This document shows, in pieces, positions 50,991 through 64,000 of a stretch of 64,000 nt of DNA (the stretch's first letter is position 1; each line of letters starts with the position of its first letter). The notes under the pieces were generated by a model that was not told the origin of the DNA, searched no databases, and was given only the letters and a program-made list of their open reading frames with translations. Origin of the DNA: the human T2T-CHM13v2.0 reference genome, Homo sapiens; assembly GCF_009914755.1 (NCBI RefSeq), contig NC_060927.1; one strand, written 5' to 3'. Position numbers and translations under genes: made by a program.

Positions 50991-51619
50991 ATTTGCACCT
51001 CCTTTCTAGGGGAAACCTAAAGAGCCTCCTCACCCCAGCAGGTGAGGAAGACAAAGACAAAGAAGCGATGCTGGGGAGAGAAACCATGGGGTGCCTGGCG
51101 GAGCCTGCAACAGGAGAAGGAAAAGCTCTGCCTCCGAGGAAGCATGAGACTCCACTTCTGGGTGAGGGCTTAGAAGTCGAAATGAGGAGGACGCAGTTGC
51201 CACCTGCAGGGAGCATTCCATGGGCGTCAGAGGGGTGACAGTTTCATCAGACAACACCAGTAGGGATTGATAGGGTCATGCAGACAAGATTGCACATGCA
51301 TGCACACACACCATGTGCCTCCACACAAAAACAATAAAAGTCCATACTTACTGAGCACTTGCTATCCCAGGAACTGTTCACAGAACTTGATGCTTACTAT
51401 TTTCTAAGTGCATTATATTCTCTTCTGTCAGCTCTTCTAATCCTTGCAACAGTCCTATGAGGTAGGCATTTTTATCTCCATTTTCCTCATGAGGGAACAG
51501 AAGCAAAGAAGTCATGTGAGTATCCCAGACTCACCTAGTTGGCAGGTGGCAAAACTGGAGTGTGAGCCCAGCAGTTTGGTTCCTGAATCTGTACCCTTAA
51601 ACTTCCGTACTCTGCAATC

Positions 51620-52070
51620 TGTATCACTTGGGGTTGAGTGTGACCGCAAGTAACCAAAAACCCCAATTCACAGTGGCCAAAACACAGAATTTTATTTTAT
51701 TTTGTTAAACAACAACAACAAAATTCCAGAGGCAGGCAGGTCAGGACTGTTGTAACAGTTCCATAAAGCTCCTTCTGGAATTCCCTCTGCGTTCACTGCA
51801 GGTGACTTTCAAACTTGTGGTCCAAGAGGGCTGCTGGAGCCTCAGCCATTATATATGTGTTCCAAGCAGCAAGAGGGAGGAAGGAGGAAAAAGAGCAGTT
51901 CTTTCCCTCTTCTGGAAAGTCACATATGCCATCTCTTAGTGACACAGTCTCATCTTGCTGCAAGAGAAGCTGGAGTAAGTAATCACTTGGCTGATTGGCA
52001 GTGTGCCCAGCTACAATCAGGAATAAAAGAAGAAAATGACTGTTGAGAATTGATAACATTCCCTGTTACA
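51620..52070 (-). mobile_element. MLT1-like LTR
   Basis: CCAAGAGGGCTGCTGGAGCCTCAGCCAT...TTCCAAGCAGCA. Confidence 0.6.
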
Positions 52071-52289
52071 CAGCCTCTGGAATTTTAAAGTCCCTGGAAT
52101 TATAGGTCTGTAGTAGATTTTACCGCTGCCCAAATCTCTCCCCCAGCTCACCATGGATGGAGCCAACAAAGTAGGGTGTGCGGCATCTTAAGGTATCTGC
52201 AAAGGGCTGAGGAGGCTGGAGGCTGAGATACAGAGAAGTTCCCAGGAATCTGCCCCCAATTCCTCTACCTCCCATTTTGAAGCAAATCA

Positions 52290-52770
52290 CTGTTCTGATT
52301 TCTATCACGATAGGTTAGTTTGCATTTTCTAGAGCTTCATATAAATGGGATCATAGAGCATAACCTCTTTTGTGTCTGGGTTCTCTCATTCAGCATTATG
52401 TCTGTGAGATTCATTCCTGTGGGGTGCATCAGTCATTCATTTCTTCTTATTGCTGTGAGGTGTATTCCATTACAGGAATACACCATAATTTGTCCATTCA
52501 TCTGTTGAGGGACACCTAGTGTGTTTCCAGTCTTGAACTATTATGAATAAAATCTCACGAATATTTTTGCACAATACTGGATGCGGATATTGCTTTTCAC
52601 TGCTGTTGATTAAATGCCTAGGAGGATAATTATAGGACAGATCGACCTAAGTTATAAGGCAAGTAAACACTTAACTTTTTACGTAACTGTCAAGTAATTT
52701 TCTGAAGTGGTTGTAGCATTTCACACTCCTCCAGGCGGTCTATGAGTGTTCCAGTTGCTCCACATGGTGA
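52290..52770 (-). mobile_element. L1M 3' fragment
   Basis: TTCTAGAGCTTCATATAAATGGGATCATA...TCATTCAGCATTATGTCTGTGAGATTCAT. Confidence 0.8.
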
Positions 52771-53524
52771 GTTCTCAGAGGAGTCCCAAGGGCTGGCACC
52801 ATATCCTTACCTGGGCCTTGAGGGCCTGGTCCTGGCTAGGTCAGCACATGGAGCTCCAGCCTGGGAGGCTGTGGCAGCGTCTCCTGCAGGGCAACCACAG
52901 CAATGCATGGGCTGAGGGATTCCAGAGCAGGAGCCCGCTGCAGCAGCCTTGTGATGTGAGGGCAGTGCAAGGCAAAGACATTGCCAGTACCATGGAGATG
53001 GTGAGCCCACCACAGCGAGTGCTCAGGAGTCTCCTGCCATCATTGGCATCAGCAGTAGTCTGCCAGGAATGCAGGAACACATCAAGATGTGTGAAGGGGG
53101 ATTAGGCGATGCATTTTGGACACTCAGGATGGGCACCAAAGGGAAGTAATGGCCCCAGAAGAGTGCCAGCAATGCCTCCCTCGCAAATCCCCACATATTC
53201 TAAGCAGCCAGGCTGCAGGACTGCTTCTCATTTGGAGTGGAAGTAATTTGCAAGAGTGGTGGGAGCTGTTTCTCCCAGCTGCAGAAAATATTAACGTCTT
53301 GTGGAAGACTCTTTCAGCAGAATCTTAGGTCCATGGGTCACGAAGTCTGGAAAGTTGACAAGGCTTTGGGGTGGTGTGATGAAGAAGCATCTCTCTTTGT
53401 ATTTTTTCTGATTTTGCTGTCTTCCTTCTTCATCAGAAAACACGTACTCTGCCATGGGCTGTAGCTAGTGACAGCAACATGGGAGCCGACCAAAACACCC
53501 ACTGGTGTTAGATGTGGTATAGCC

Positions 53525-53760
53525 AAGCAGTTATACAAGAGAGCTCTGAAGCCGACTTACTGGGTTCAAATCCCAGCTCTGCCTTACATTATCTGCATGA
53601 TGTTGGACAAGTTGCTGAGCCTCTATGTGCCTCAGTTTCCCCACCTAGAAAATGAGGATAACAGGGTATGTTTTGCAGGCTTTTCTGAGGAATAAATGAA
53701 TTAATAGATGTAAAGATCTTACAGCAAGCCTAAACCTAAACATAACAAGCCTCAGTAAAT
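53525..53760 (+). mobile_element. MIR
   Basis: TGGGTTCAAATCCCAGCTCTGCC...GTGCCTCAGTTTCCCCACCT. Confidence 0.85.
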
Positions 53761-54010
53761 TATGATTCTGGAAGATTGAAGCTTAGCTTGAAAGCTGCTA
53801 CAATGACACAATTAGTTCTGACAACTACACAAATTTATCAGTATAGAGGAAGAATCTCAGGCACAAATCCAGCCCTTTACCCAAGGCCTACAACCACTAA
53901 GTGACAAAGCAGTAATTCCCATTTTACTGGGTAGCTCCAAAGCTTGGGCTCCATTCCTCATGCTCCTCTCCTTTTATTACACGGATTGCCTAAAGCCTTA
54001 GGAACGTGGC

Positions 54011-54031
54011 GCCACTGCCACCTACTGGTGA
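54011..54031 (-). promoter_or_regulatory. CTCF core motif (TCACCAGTAGGTGGCAGTG)
   Basis: CCAGTAGGTGGCAG at 54028-54015 matches the CCASYAGRKGGCR consensus, in non-repeat sequence. Confidence 0.6.
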
Positions 54032-54305
54032 TGCTGCCACATGGCCCATGGCTGGGGCTCTCACTGAAGCCAATGGGACAGAGATGGAAAGGGTGTGCTC
54101 AGAACACAGGACTGCCACAGGGCAGCCTGATCAGTGGAATGCGACAGGGTCCCAAAGGCTCTCTGGAAACCTTGTACCCAGAGGGCTTGGATTCTAATCT
54201 GAATCTGATCGCGGGATCAATCTCTCCTTCAAATAAAGGCACTTTGAGATCAATGTTGGCCAAGGTTTGTATGTGTTGCTAACACATTGTAAATCAAAAA
54301 ATATC

Positions 54306-55244
54306 TGATATAGTTTGGCTCTGTATCCTCACCCAAATCTCATCTCTAACCGTAATCCCCATATGTCAAGGGAGGGACCTAGTGGGAAGCGATTGGATCA
54401 TGGGAACAGATTTTCCCTGTGCTGTTCTCGTGATAGTGAGTTCTCATGAGATCTAATGGTTTAAAACTGTGGTACTTCCCCCTTCTCTCTCTCTCTCCTG
54501 CCACCTTGTGAAGAAGGTGCTTGCTTCTCCTTCTTCTACCATGATTGTAAGTATCTTGAGGCCTCCTCAGCCATGAGGAACTGTAAGTCAATTAAACCTC
54601 ATTTATTTATGAATTACCCAGTCTCCAGTAGTCCTTTATAGCAGCATGAAAACAAACTAATACAGAAAATTGGTACCGGAAGTAGGGTTGGAGCCCCCAC
54701 ACAAAGCCCTCACTGGGGCACTGCCCAGTGGAACTGTGAGAAGAGGGCCACCGTCCTCCAGACCCCAGAATGGTAGATCCACCAACAGCTTGGACCATGC
54801 CCTTGGAAAAGCCACAGGCACTCAAAACCAGCCCGCAAAAGCAGCCACAGGGGCTGTATCCTGCAGAGCCACAGAGGCAAAGCTGTCCAAAACCTTGGGA
54901 ACCCACCCCTTGCCTCAGCGTGTCCTGGATGTGGAACATGGAGTCAAAGGAGATTATTTTGGAGTGTTAAGATTTAATGAGGCCAGTGCAGTGGCTCACG
55001 TCTGTAATCCCAGCACTTTGGGAGGCTGAGGTGGGCAGATCACTTAAGGCCAGGAGTTCAAAACCAGCCTGGCCAACATGGAGACACCGTTTCTACTAAA
55101 AATACAAAAATTAGCCGGCGTGGTGGTGCCCACCTGTAATCCCAACTACTCGAGTGGGTGGCTGAGGCATGAGAATCTGGGAGGCAGAGGTTGCAATGAG
55201 CCGAGATCATGTTACTGCATTCCAGCTTGGGTGACAGTGTGAGA

Positions 55245-55327
<83 letters not shown>

Positions 55328-56006
55328 ACACAGAGATTTAATGAGTGCCCTACCAGGTTTTAGACTTGCATGGGGTCTGTGGCCCCTAAGTTTTGGCCAA
55401 TTTATTCCATTTGGAACAGGAACATTTACCCAATGCCTGTACCTCCATTGTATCTTGGAAGTAACTAACTTTGTTTTTATTTTATAGGCTCATAAGCAGA
55501 AGGGACTTGCTTTGTCTCAGATGAGACTTCGGACTTGAATGTTTGAGTTAGTGCTGGAATGAGTTAAGACTTTGGGTGACTATTGGGAAGGTATGATTGG
55601 TTTTGAAATGTGAGAGGGAGGTAAGACTGGGGAGGGACCATGGGCAGAATGATATGGTTTGGCTCTGTATTCCCACCCAAATCTCATCTCAAATTGTAAG
55701 CCTCATGTGTCAGGGGAGGGACCAGGTGATTGGATCACGGGGACAGATTTTCTCCATGCTGTTCTTGTGATAGTGAGTGAGTTCTCACAAGATCTGATTG
55801 TTTAAAAGTGTGCTGCCTCCCCCTTCTCCCTCTCTCCTGCCATCTTGTGAAGAAGGTGCCTGCTTCTCCTTTGCCTTCTGCCATGATTGCAAGTTTCCTG
55901 AGGCCTCCCCAGCCATGTGGAACTGTGAGTCAATTAAACCTCTTTCATTTATAAATTACCCCGTCTCAGGCAGTTTTTAATAGCAGTGTGAAAATGGACT
56001 CATATA
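54306..56006 (+). mobile_element. THE1D-like MaLR provirus: LTR 54306-54664, internally deleted int, LTR 55650-56006
   Basis: Two TGATA..GTTTGGCTCTGT LTRs; THE1-int motifs; TSD (A/G)TATC. Confidence 0.88.
54981..55332 (+). mobile_element. AluS with (CT)n(CA)n microsatellite tail, inside THE1-int
   Basis: TSD AGATTTAATGA(G). Confidence 0.93.
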
Positions 56007-57947
56007 GTATCTGAGACAGGTCTCAATCAATTTAGAGGTTTACTTTGCCAAGGTTAAGGACCATGGCCCGTGACACAACCTCAGGAGGTCCTGAGAACCT
56101 GTGCCCAAGGTGGTTGGGTTACACTTTGGTTTTATTACATTTTAGGGAGACAGAAGTTACAGGCAAGGCATAAATCAGAACATGGAAAGTATACATTGGT
56201 TCAGCCCAGAAAGCCAGACATCTTGAAGCAGGGGGCTTCCAGGTCATAGGTGGATTTGAAGATTTCTTGAGGTTAGATAAGGGAGGTTGTGAAAACCAAG
56301 GTTCTTATCATGTAGATGATGCTACCAGGTAGCAGGCTTCAGAGAGAATAGATAGCAAATGTCTCTTATCAGACCTTAAAAGGTGTCAGACTCTGGAAAA
56401 GACCTGGTAAGGGAAAGAGATTCTCTACAGAATGCAAATTTCCCCCACAAGAGACTGTTCAGCAGGGCCATTTTAAAACATATCAAAGAAATATATTTTG
56501 GGGTAAAATACTTTGCCTACTCTCTGTCATGTGTTACTATACTAGAGTCACATTGGAATGCTGTATCTTACTGCTACAAAGAGTCTGTTTTGCCATTATT
56601 AAGATCTCTGTTTTAATGTTAATTCTGGTCAGTTGTGCCTAAATTCCAAAGGGAGGAGGTTATAATGAGGCATGTTCAACCCTACATTCCCATCAAGACC
56701 TGAATCAGGGTTTCAGGTTTCTTTGAGATCCCCTTGGCCAAGAAGGGGTCCATTCAGTCCATTGTGGGGCTTAGAATTTTAATTTTGGTTTACAACATCA
56801 ACGTGTTAGCTATTTACCAGATTACCCAGCTCTTGTGCAAGAGAAAGGTCAAGGAATTGGAACATGGGACAGGTGAGTTTTGATGAGGATGACACAGTTC
56901 AGCAGGGCTCAAAGTACAGGGCCTCACCCAGAAGGTCAGCTTTGGATGGGGGCCCTGAGGCGAAAGCCCCTTTTATAATTTTGCCTTTCTCCACGAACTT
57001 CCCCACTTGGGTGGAAGAATGGATAAAAACTCTTAATGAGACAGACAAAGCCCTCTGTGCTTTGGGTCTTGCTGATGTGTCCAGCCTCATTCCTCCCAGC
57101 CCCACCTCACACTCTAGGACAGTTCAGCACTTTGGGTGGATAGTTGTGACCTGGACTACTTTTTACAAACTCATTTTCTGGGAAATGCCCTTCACCCCCA
57201 CTACTAAGGCCCCTATAGTACCTACTCCAAAGAACCTTACACATTGTATCCCATGTGAATGGCATCCTATGTGAGTGGCATCCCTGGGTCACAACCCCTT
57301 AGACTACAACAGGAATGGTGCCTCTGGGCCTTGTACAACTTGGCAAGATGTCTACTACTACCACTACCATTCACATGAGTGGACATGTGGACCTGGCCTC
57401 CAGACCATACATAGATGACAGGTTCAGTGTGAGCTTCAAAATCAAGTGGGCTGATCAGAGTGCTCTCACCCTCGAAATATGAAACGGATGTAAGAGATTC
57501 CAAGCTCAGATTGGCTGGAATCTCAAATAAAGGAGGTGTTGGTGGCAGCCCCAAACTGTATGTTGTGAGTGCCCTGGCCAGTACCACCTTTTCAGGGTGG
57601 TACACCCATCCCCCAGGTGCTTATTGGCTGCTAACATGTCAAAGCTGCCCCTGCTCTGGAAAATCTCCTACTGCACAGAGCCCACCCCACCCCAAGCCAA
57701 TAGCCTCAGAGGTACACAAGGGCAGCCCTCAAGGCAGGACAACTCTGCAGCAAATTTACATCCCAAAGGCCCCTCCACCTGGGTCAGGCCACCGTCCTTG
57801 CTCAACTCTGCTCCTTCCCTATCCTCCTTCTTCCCTCCATTACAGGCTTCTCCTAAACACACTACCCCAACAGATGACCCAAATCCCTGTTAGGCTCTAC
57901 CTCTAGGGAATTCACCCAAGGCAGACATATTCTATCACATAAACTAG

Positions 57948-58311
<364 letters not shown>

Positions 58312-58895
58312 GGAGTCTCTTCCTGACCAAACTTTAGACAGGCTCCTCTGAGCCCTCTTTTCAACAAGACCTCAACTTTGGCCTTTGAAAAACTGCACAC
58401 TCTCAGCACAAATACTTTCATCCACCTCCAAGCTATAAGATGTGCAAAAACACTAATATAGTTTCTAATAGCTCAAGACCACATCCATAGGATGACCCTA
58501 GACCTCTTAGTGTACTCACCTCAGAAACCTCAATGCTGCCAGAAGAACTTACTGTTTGCTCCAGACAAAACCTAGTAACAGACAGGCCCCTGAACCTCTC
58601 CCCACCTCCTCTGAGCAGTTACTTTAGAAAGCTGCTCACAGTTATGAATCCTTTCTCTTCCCCTTTAAAATGTAGATCTTCCACCACCCAGAACTGTCTT
58701 CCCAAAGACATGAGAGCCATCTCTTTGAAATGCAAATCTCAGCGCTCTCCCTCTCCCAACTCAGGGGGCACCTGGCTCTAACTTGTACTGCTGTGGCCTG
58801 TAGGAGGTACACATGAGATTAACAAACCCAGTCTCTGCTCCAGCCCCTGCTTGTTTCCCCTCTACTCCCTCATTCTCCCTTTAAAATGCCCAGGC

Positions 58896-59232
<337 letters not shown>

Positions 59233-60218
59233 TCAAAGCTGAGTTCACTTCACTTGGACCCTCTTCCCTATTGCAGTGAATAAGGTCTATTCTTACCACT
59301 CTAGCTAATGTAGTGCTTTGACAAGAGAAAGAAATGGCCATGCAATGAGGAGAAAAGGTGGGAAATGGGGAACAACATTTCCCTGCTTCTAGGTCATTCC
59401 AAGGCACTCCTTCATCCCTGCCTTTAAGCCCCATGAGACACTTTGTGACCACGTAATAAGTCCCCCATTTCTTGCTTAAGCAAACTTATGTCAGTTTCTA
59501 TTACTTGTAACTAATTCAGACTTTATTCATACCTTCCCTCCTCCTGGTGTGCCCCTCTGCTCCCTGATGTCTGCCTGGTTTATACTTAAGGTCTTTCAAC
59601 ACAGCTCCAGCATCAACTCCTCCTTGAAGCCTGCCCTGATAACCTGCTGTGCAGCTCCTGGCATGTGCCTCCATCACACCAGAGCCCCACTAGCACTGTT
59701 GTGCACTTTTTGGTTTACAATTACAGAAGTTCTTTGAGATAATACAGAAAACCCACTCAGCCAATAGAACTGAAAAATGTGTGCTTTGATGAAAAACTAT
59801 GCATTGCTTAGAACGCACTGGTCTGGGTTATCTAATTCTGATTCTATGGAAGATAATTTGCAACTCTGTATCTTATACATAACTGATAGCAATGCAAAAT
59901 CATTCTTGCTCAGAGACATGTAAATAAATTCTGTGCAGAGGAGAGATGACCCTCCCCTCTATGGAAAAGCCAGTTTTGCATCCCTTTGAACATTCATTTC
60001 AATATTTCTAAAATGTATCTATAAATGTATCTGTTCTCCTTTTAACTGGTTGCCATTTTTATAGTTTTCTCATTAACTAGCTAAGTAAAATCTTTAAGAT
60101 GTGTTCATTTTTATATCTGTATAAGAGTTTTTTTTTTTTTTAAACCAGTCTTTGAAAATTATCCTTTCACAGAATATTGGGGCCTCTGGTTTCAATTGTC
60201 ATAATAAAAGCTACCGTG

Positions 60219-60651
<433 letters not shown>

Positions 60652-61119
60652 TCAAAATCTTACTGGTAACTAAATGAGGAAATCCTCTCAACCATGTCAG
60701 GCAAAGCTGCTATTGTCATCCCCATTTTAAAGATGAGGAAGCTGAGACACATAGCTGGCAGATGGCAGTGAGAATTTGAACTCTTGGGGTCTTCAGACAG
60801 AACTGAGACAAAAAAATAACCTCATTTAATTTCCTCTTACAGAAGTATGCAAATTGTCTCAAGAAGAATGCCCAACAGACTCCTCATTTCTTTCTGGCCC
60901 AAAATTATGTCACATGTCTTTCTGTGAACCAATCACCAGCAGGGGAATGAGACAAAGTTTAGACCATTAGGGTCATGCATGGAGTTGGTGCTGGGTCAAA
61001 CCCTTGAGAGGGGTCTGAACAAACAGGTGGGTTCACAGCCAGCAGTGTCTACATTAGGCAGTTTGCAGAATGAGAATCTGCCCAGGCCCCACTGGGTTCA
61101 CCAGCTTAGAATTCATTTT

Positions 61120-61615
61120 ATTTTTGCCTTGTTAAATTATCTTTTGTCATAACTTTTTACAGACATGTCAATTACATCAATAAGATGAATCCATTTTAGG
61201 TTCATATAATTCAAAAAGTTTTGACCCATATACACATCCATGTATCCATCACGCCAATTGCAACATGGAGCATTCACATCCCTCCAGGAAGTGCCCTGGG
61301 CAACTTCCTTGCTAATCTCCACACCCACCACCAAGCAGTTGCCAACCAGGGTTGCCTGTTCACTTCACGTAAATGAAACCACAGTGTGTGCATTTTTTAA
61401 ATGCCTGGATTCTTTCACTTAAATAATGCTTTTGAAATTTGTCCATGTTTTCATATGTATCAGTAGTTTTTTCTTTTTTTTAATCACTGAGTAGGATCTT
61501 ATTGTATGAACATATACCACAAATTGTTTATCCATTTTCCTGTTATGAATATTTGTTATTTCCAGTTAGGGGTTCACAAATAAAGATGCTAAGAACATTC
61601 ACATACAAGTCTTCT
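61120..61615 (-). mobile_element. L1M 3' fragment
   Basis: TTCTTTCACTTAAATAATGCTTTTGAAATTTGTCCATG...TTTATCCATTTTCCTGTT. Confidence 0.75.
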
Positions 61616-61851
61616 CAGAATCAGTTTTTAAATTGGTTTCATGGCTCAGGGATCCCAGATGATGGGTGAAATTAGTAATCTGGGCCCAATACACATGAGC
61701 AGCCCTGTCCCAGTGACTCGTGGAAGACTGTTTCCACCCAGGGACCATTTCTGGACAGGATCCTAGGCTGGCAGGCTGAAATACCATTCTATTTAGGGCA
61801 TCTCAGGCAGGATAGCAACATCCCAGCTGTAAGTCTGACTCCCTGACATAC

Positions 61852-62191
61852 TGTCGTAGGACTCTTTCCTTAGTTCAGCTAAAGGGGTCCTTATCACACA
61901 GCCATGAAAAATTAGGCTTGCTCACAGTTTGAGGGGTGAGAAGGGCAGGGTTTTAATGGATTTTGAAAGGAAAAGAAAGGGAAACAGGGACTTTCCACAA
62001 AGCCAGAGTTCTGCTAGTGTGCTTCCTGCCTGGCAGATTGAATCCCAGGTTCCATCCAGGAAGAGGGGGGACCAGGCTCCTCCCCACTGCAAATAGCAAG
62101 AGCTTCTGTGGCTCCACCCCAGTGCACACTCCTCCCAGTGAACAGGCTGGTTGGAGTTTTTCTGGGAACCCCTTTGCACTTGGCTGTCTCA
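61852..62191 (-). mobile_element. MER48-like ERV1 solo LTR
   Basis: TGTCG.AGGAC..TTCCTTAGTTCAGCTAAAG...TGTCTCA termini; ATAC TSD on both sides. Confidence 0.8.
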
Positions 62192-62562
62192 ATACCCAGG
62201 GAGAGCCCTGGGACCCTTCCCTGGAAAGAGATTATGCACCCTACCTCCTGAGGTAGGTATTCAGTGCACATCCACCCACCTCCTGGGGGTCACACACCTT
62301 CAACTCAGTTCACCACTGTGGCTGTGGATGCTAGGACCCAGTATTTTTTTCTTTTCTTGTTTTCCTTTACATTCAGCTAGAAAACCTTCACCTGTTTAGT
62401 CATTCATTCACTAAATATTTATTAACCACTTGCCAGGCATTGGGAATGTAAAAAAGGTAAAACATAAACAAAAACCAAATCCTGTGTTGAAGGTAGACTG
62501 AAGGGCTACTCTCTGGAATGCAACAAGGTAGATGATGTCTAGAGAAGACTGCATGACTGCAT

Positions 62563-62900
<338 letters not shown>

Positions 62901-63419
62901 TAAATATGGGTACTGTGAAATATGAACAGAAGTGACGTGTAACGTTTCTGGGCTGAGACAATTAAAGTTCCATGCACAACTTTCCAGTCTCTCTTTTCTT
63001 GGCCATTGACCACCAGGCCCAGATATAGTAACTAAAAAATGGCGGTGCCTCAGTTAGCCTCAGTTTCTGAGTGACTGTGTAGCAGTTACTGCCAATATTG
63101 CACCTGTCACTGCATATTGGCAGATGGGATGCCAATTGGCATAGACTTTTGTTGGGTTAAATCACTGATATTTGAGGGATTTTTGTTACCACAGCATAAC
63201 CCCCAGCCAGTCTTAATGTAGAAAATTAGTACCAGAAAAGGATACTGTTGCAATGTGCATGGTGCACCTGCCTCTATCATGGTGGCCAGTGTCTTCCTGC
63301 TAGTGTCTTCACCTGAGTTAAGCCAAGCCCTCCTTCCACGTCCCTCATTATGACTTCTCAGTCTTTGATTTGGTCAACCTGAGTCCCCTAAAAAAACAAC
63401 AAAGCCACAAAAATGCTTT

Positions 63420-63737
<318 letters not shown>

Positions 63738-63809
63738 AAAGGTTTCCTTTTGACATGGTACCACCAGCTGGATGTCAGTTTGAGATAACGCTATATAAAA
63801 ACATTTAGG

Positions 63810-64000
63810 CCATTACATTCAAGGTTAATATTAATATATGAGCTTTTGTTCCTGTCATAGTGTTGTTAGCCTGTTGCTTTGTAGTCTTGATTGTGTAGTT
63901 GCTTTATAGGATTCATGGGATATGTGCTTATGTGTGCTTTTGCAGTAGTGAGTATCATATCATTCTTTTGTTTCCTGGTTTAGAACTCCCTTAAGCATCT
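63810..64000 (-). mobile_element. L1 (L1PB/L1MA-like) ORF1-end/inter-ORF fragment, runs off the window
   Basis: CATT.ACATTCAAGGTTAATATT...TTTAGAACTCCCTTAAGCAT. Confidence 0.75.

Larger units (their letters stand above)
54288..56794 (-). mobile_element. MER4-type ERV1 solo LTR (54288-54305 + 56012-56794) hosting a THE1 element
   Basis: TGTAAA..AAAAA...TTTTGGTTTACA termini; ACAT TSD at 54284-54287 and 56795-56798. Confidence 0.8.

Noticed and set aside
56864-57906. Cluster of 100-148 aa ORFs
   Set aside because: No recognisable domain or convincing splice pattern; partly L2-like sequence; expected by chance.
59720-60190. AT-rich segment possibly an old DNA transposon (similarly 22090-22320 and 760-1200 as a possible LTR)
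   Set aside because: I could not assign a family or boundaries with enough confidence; needs a Dfam search.

Overview
Human genomic DNA: it carries human-specific AluYa5 and AluYb8 insertions and the lysozyme-like gene LYZL4, which from established knowledge places it at 3p22.1 between CCK and VIPR1. The only supportable protein-coding gene is LYZL4 on the minus strand. Four coding exons (17274-17136, 17021-16869, 14145-14067, 7353-7284) splice via GT-AG introns into a 441-nt, 146-aa c-type lysozyme-like protein with 8 Cys, the catalytic Glu kept and the catalytic Asp replaced by Gly. There is also a probable non-coding exon 1 and promoter near 20440-20670 and an AATAAA at 7119-7124. The rest is repeat-rich intronic/intergenic DNA (Alu, L1, L2, MIR, MaLR/ERV LTRs, DNA transposons, microsatellites) with a few repeat-free candidate regulatory islands and a strong CTCF-like motif. 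I find no evidence of a new multi-gene system. The most unusual structures are: a ~915-bp TSD-flanked retrocopy of a polyadenylated Pol II transcript (33989-34903); an 84%-identical gapless inverted duplication of an old LTR segment; a templated insertion inside an Alu copied from ~1.4 kb away; and a MADE1 MITE with an inverted duplication of its hairpin loop. Repeat family names are from visual recognition of consensus sequences, and boundaries of old repeats are approximate.
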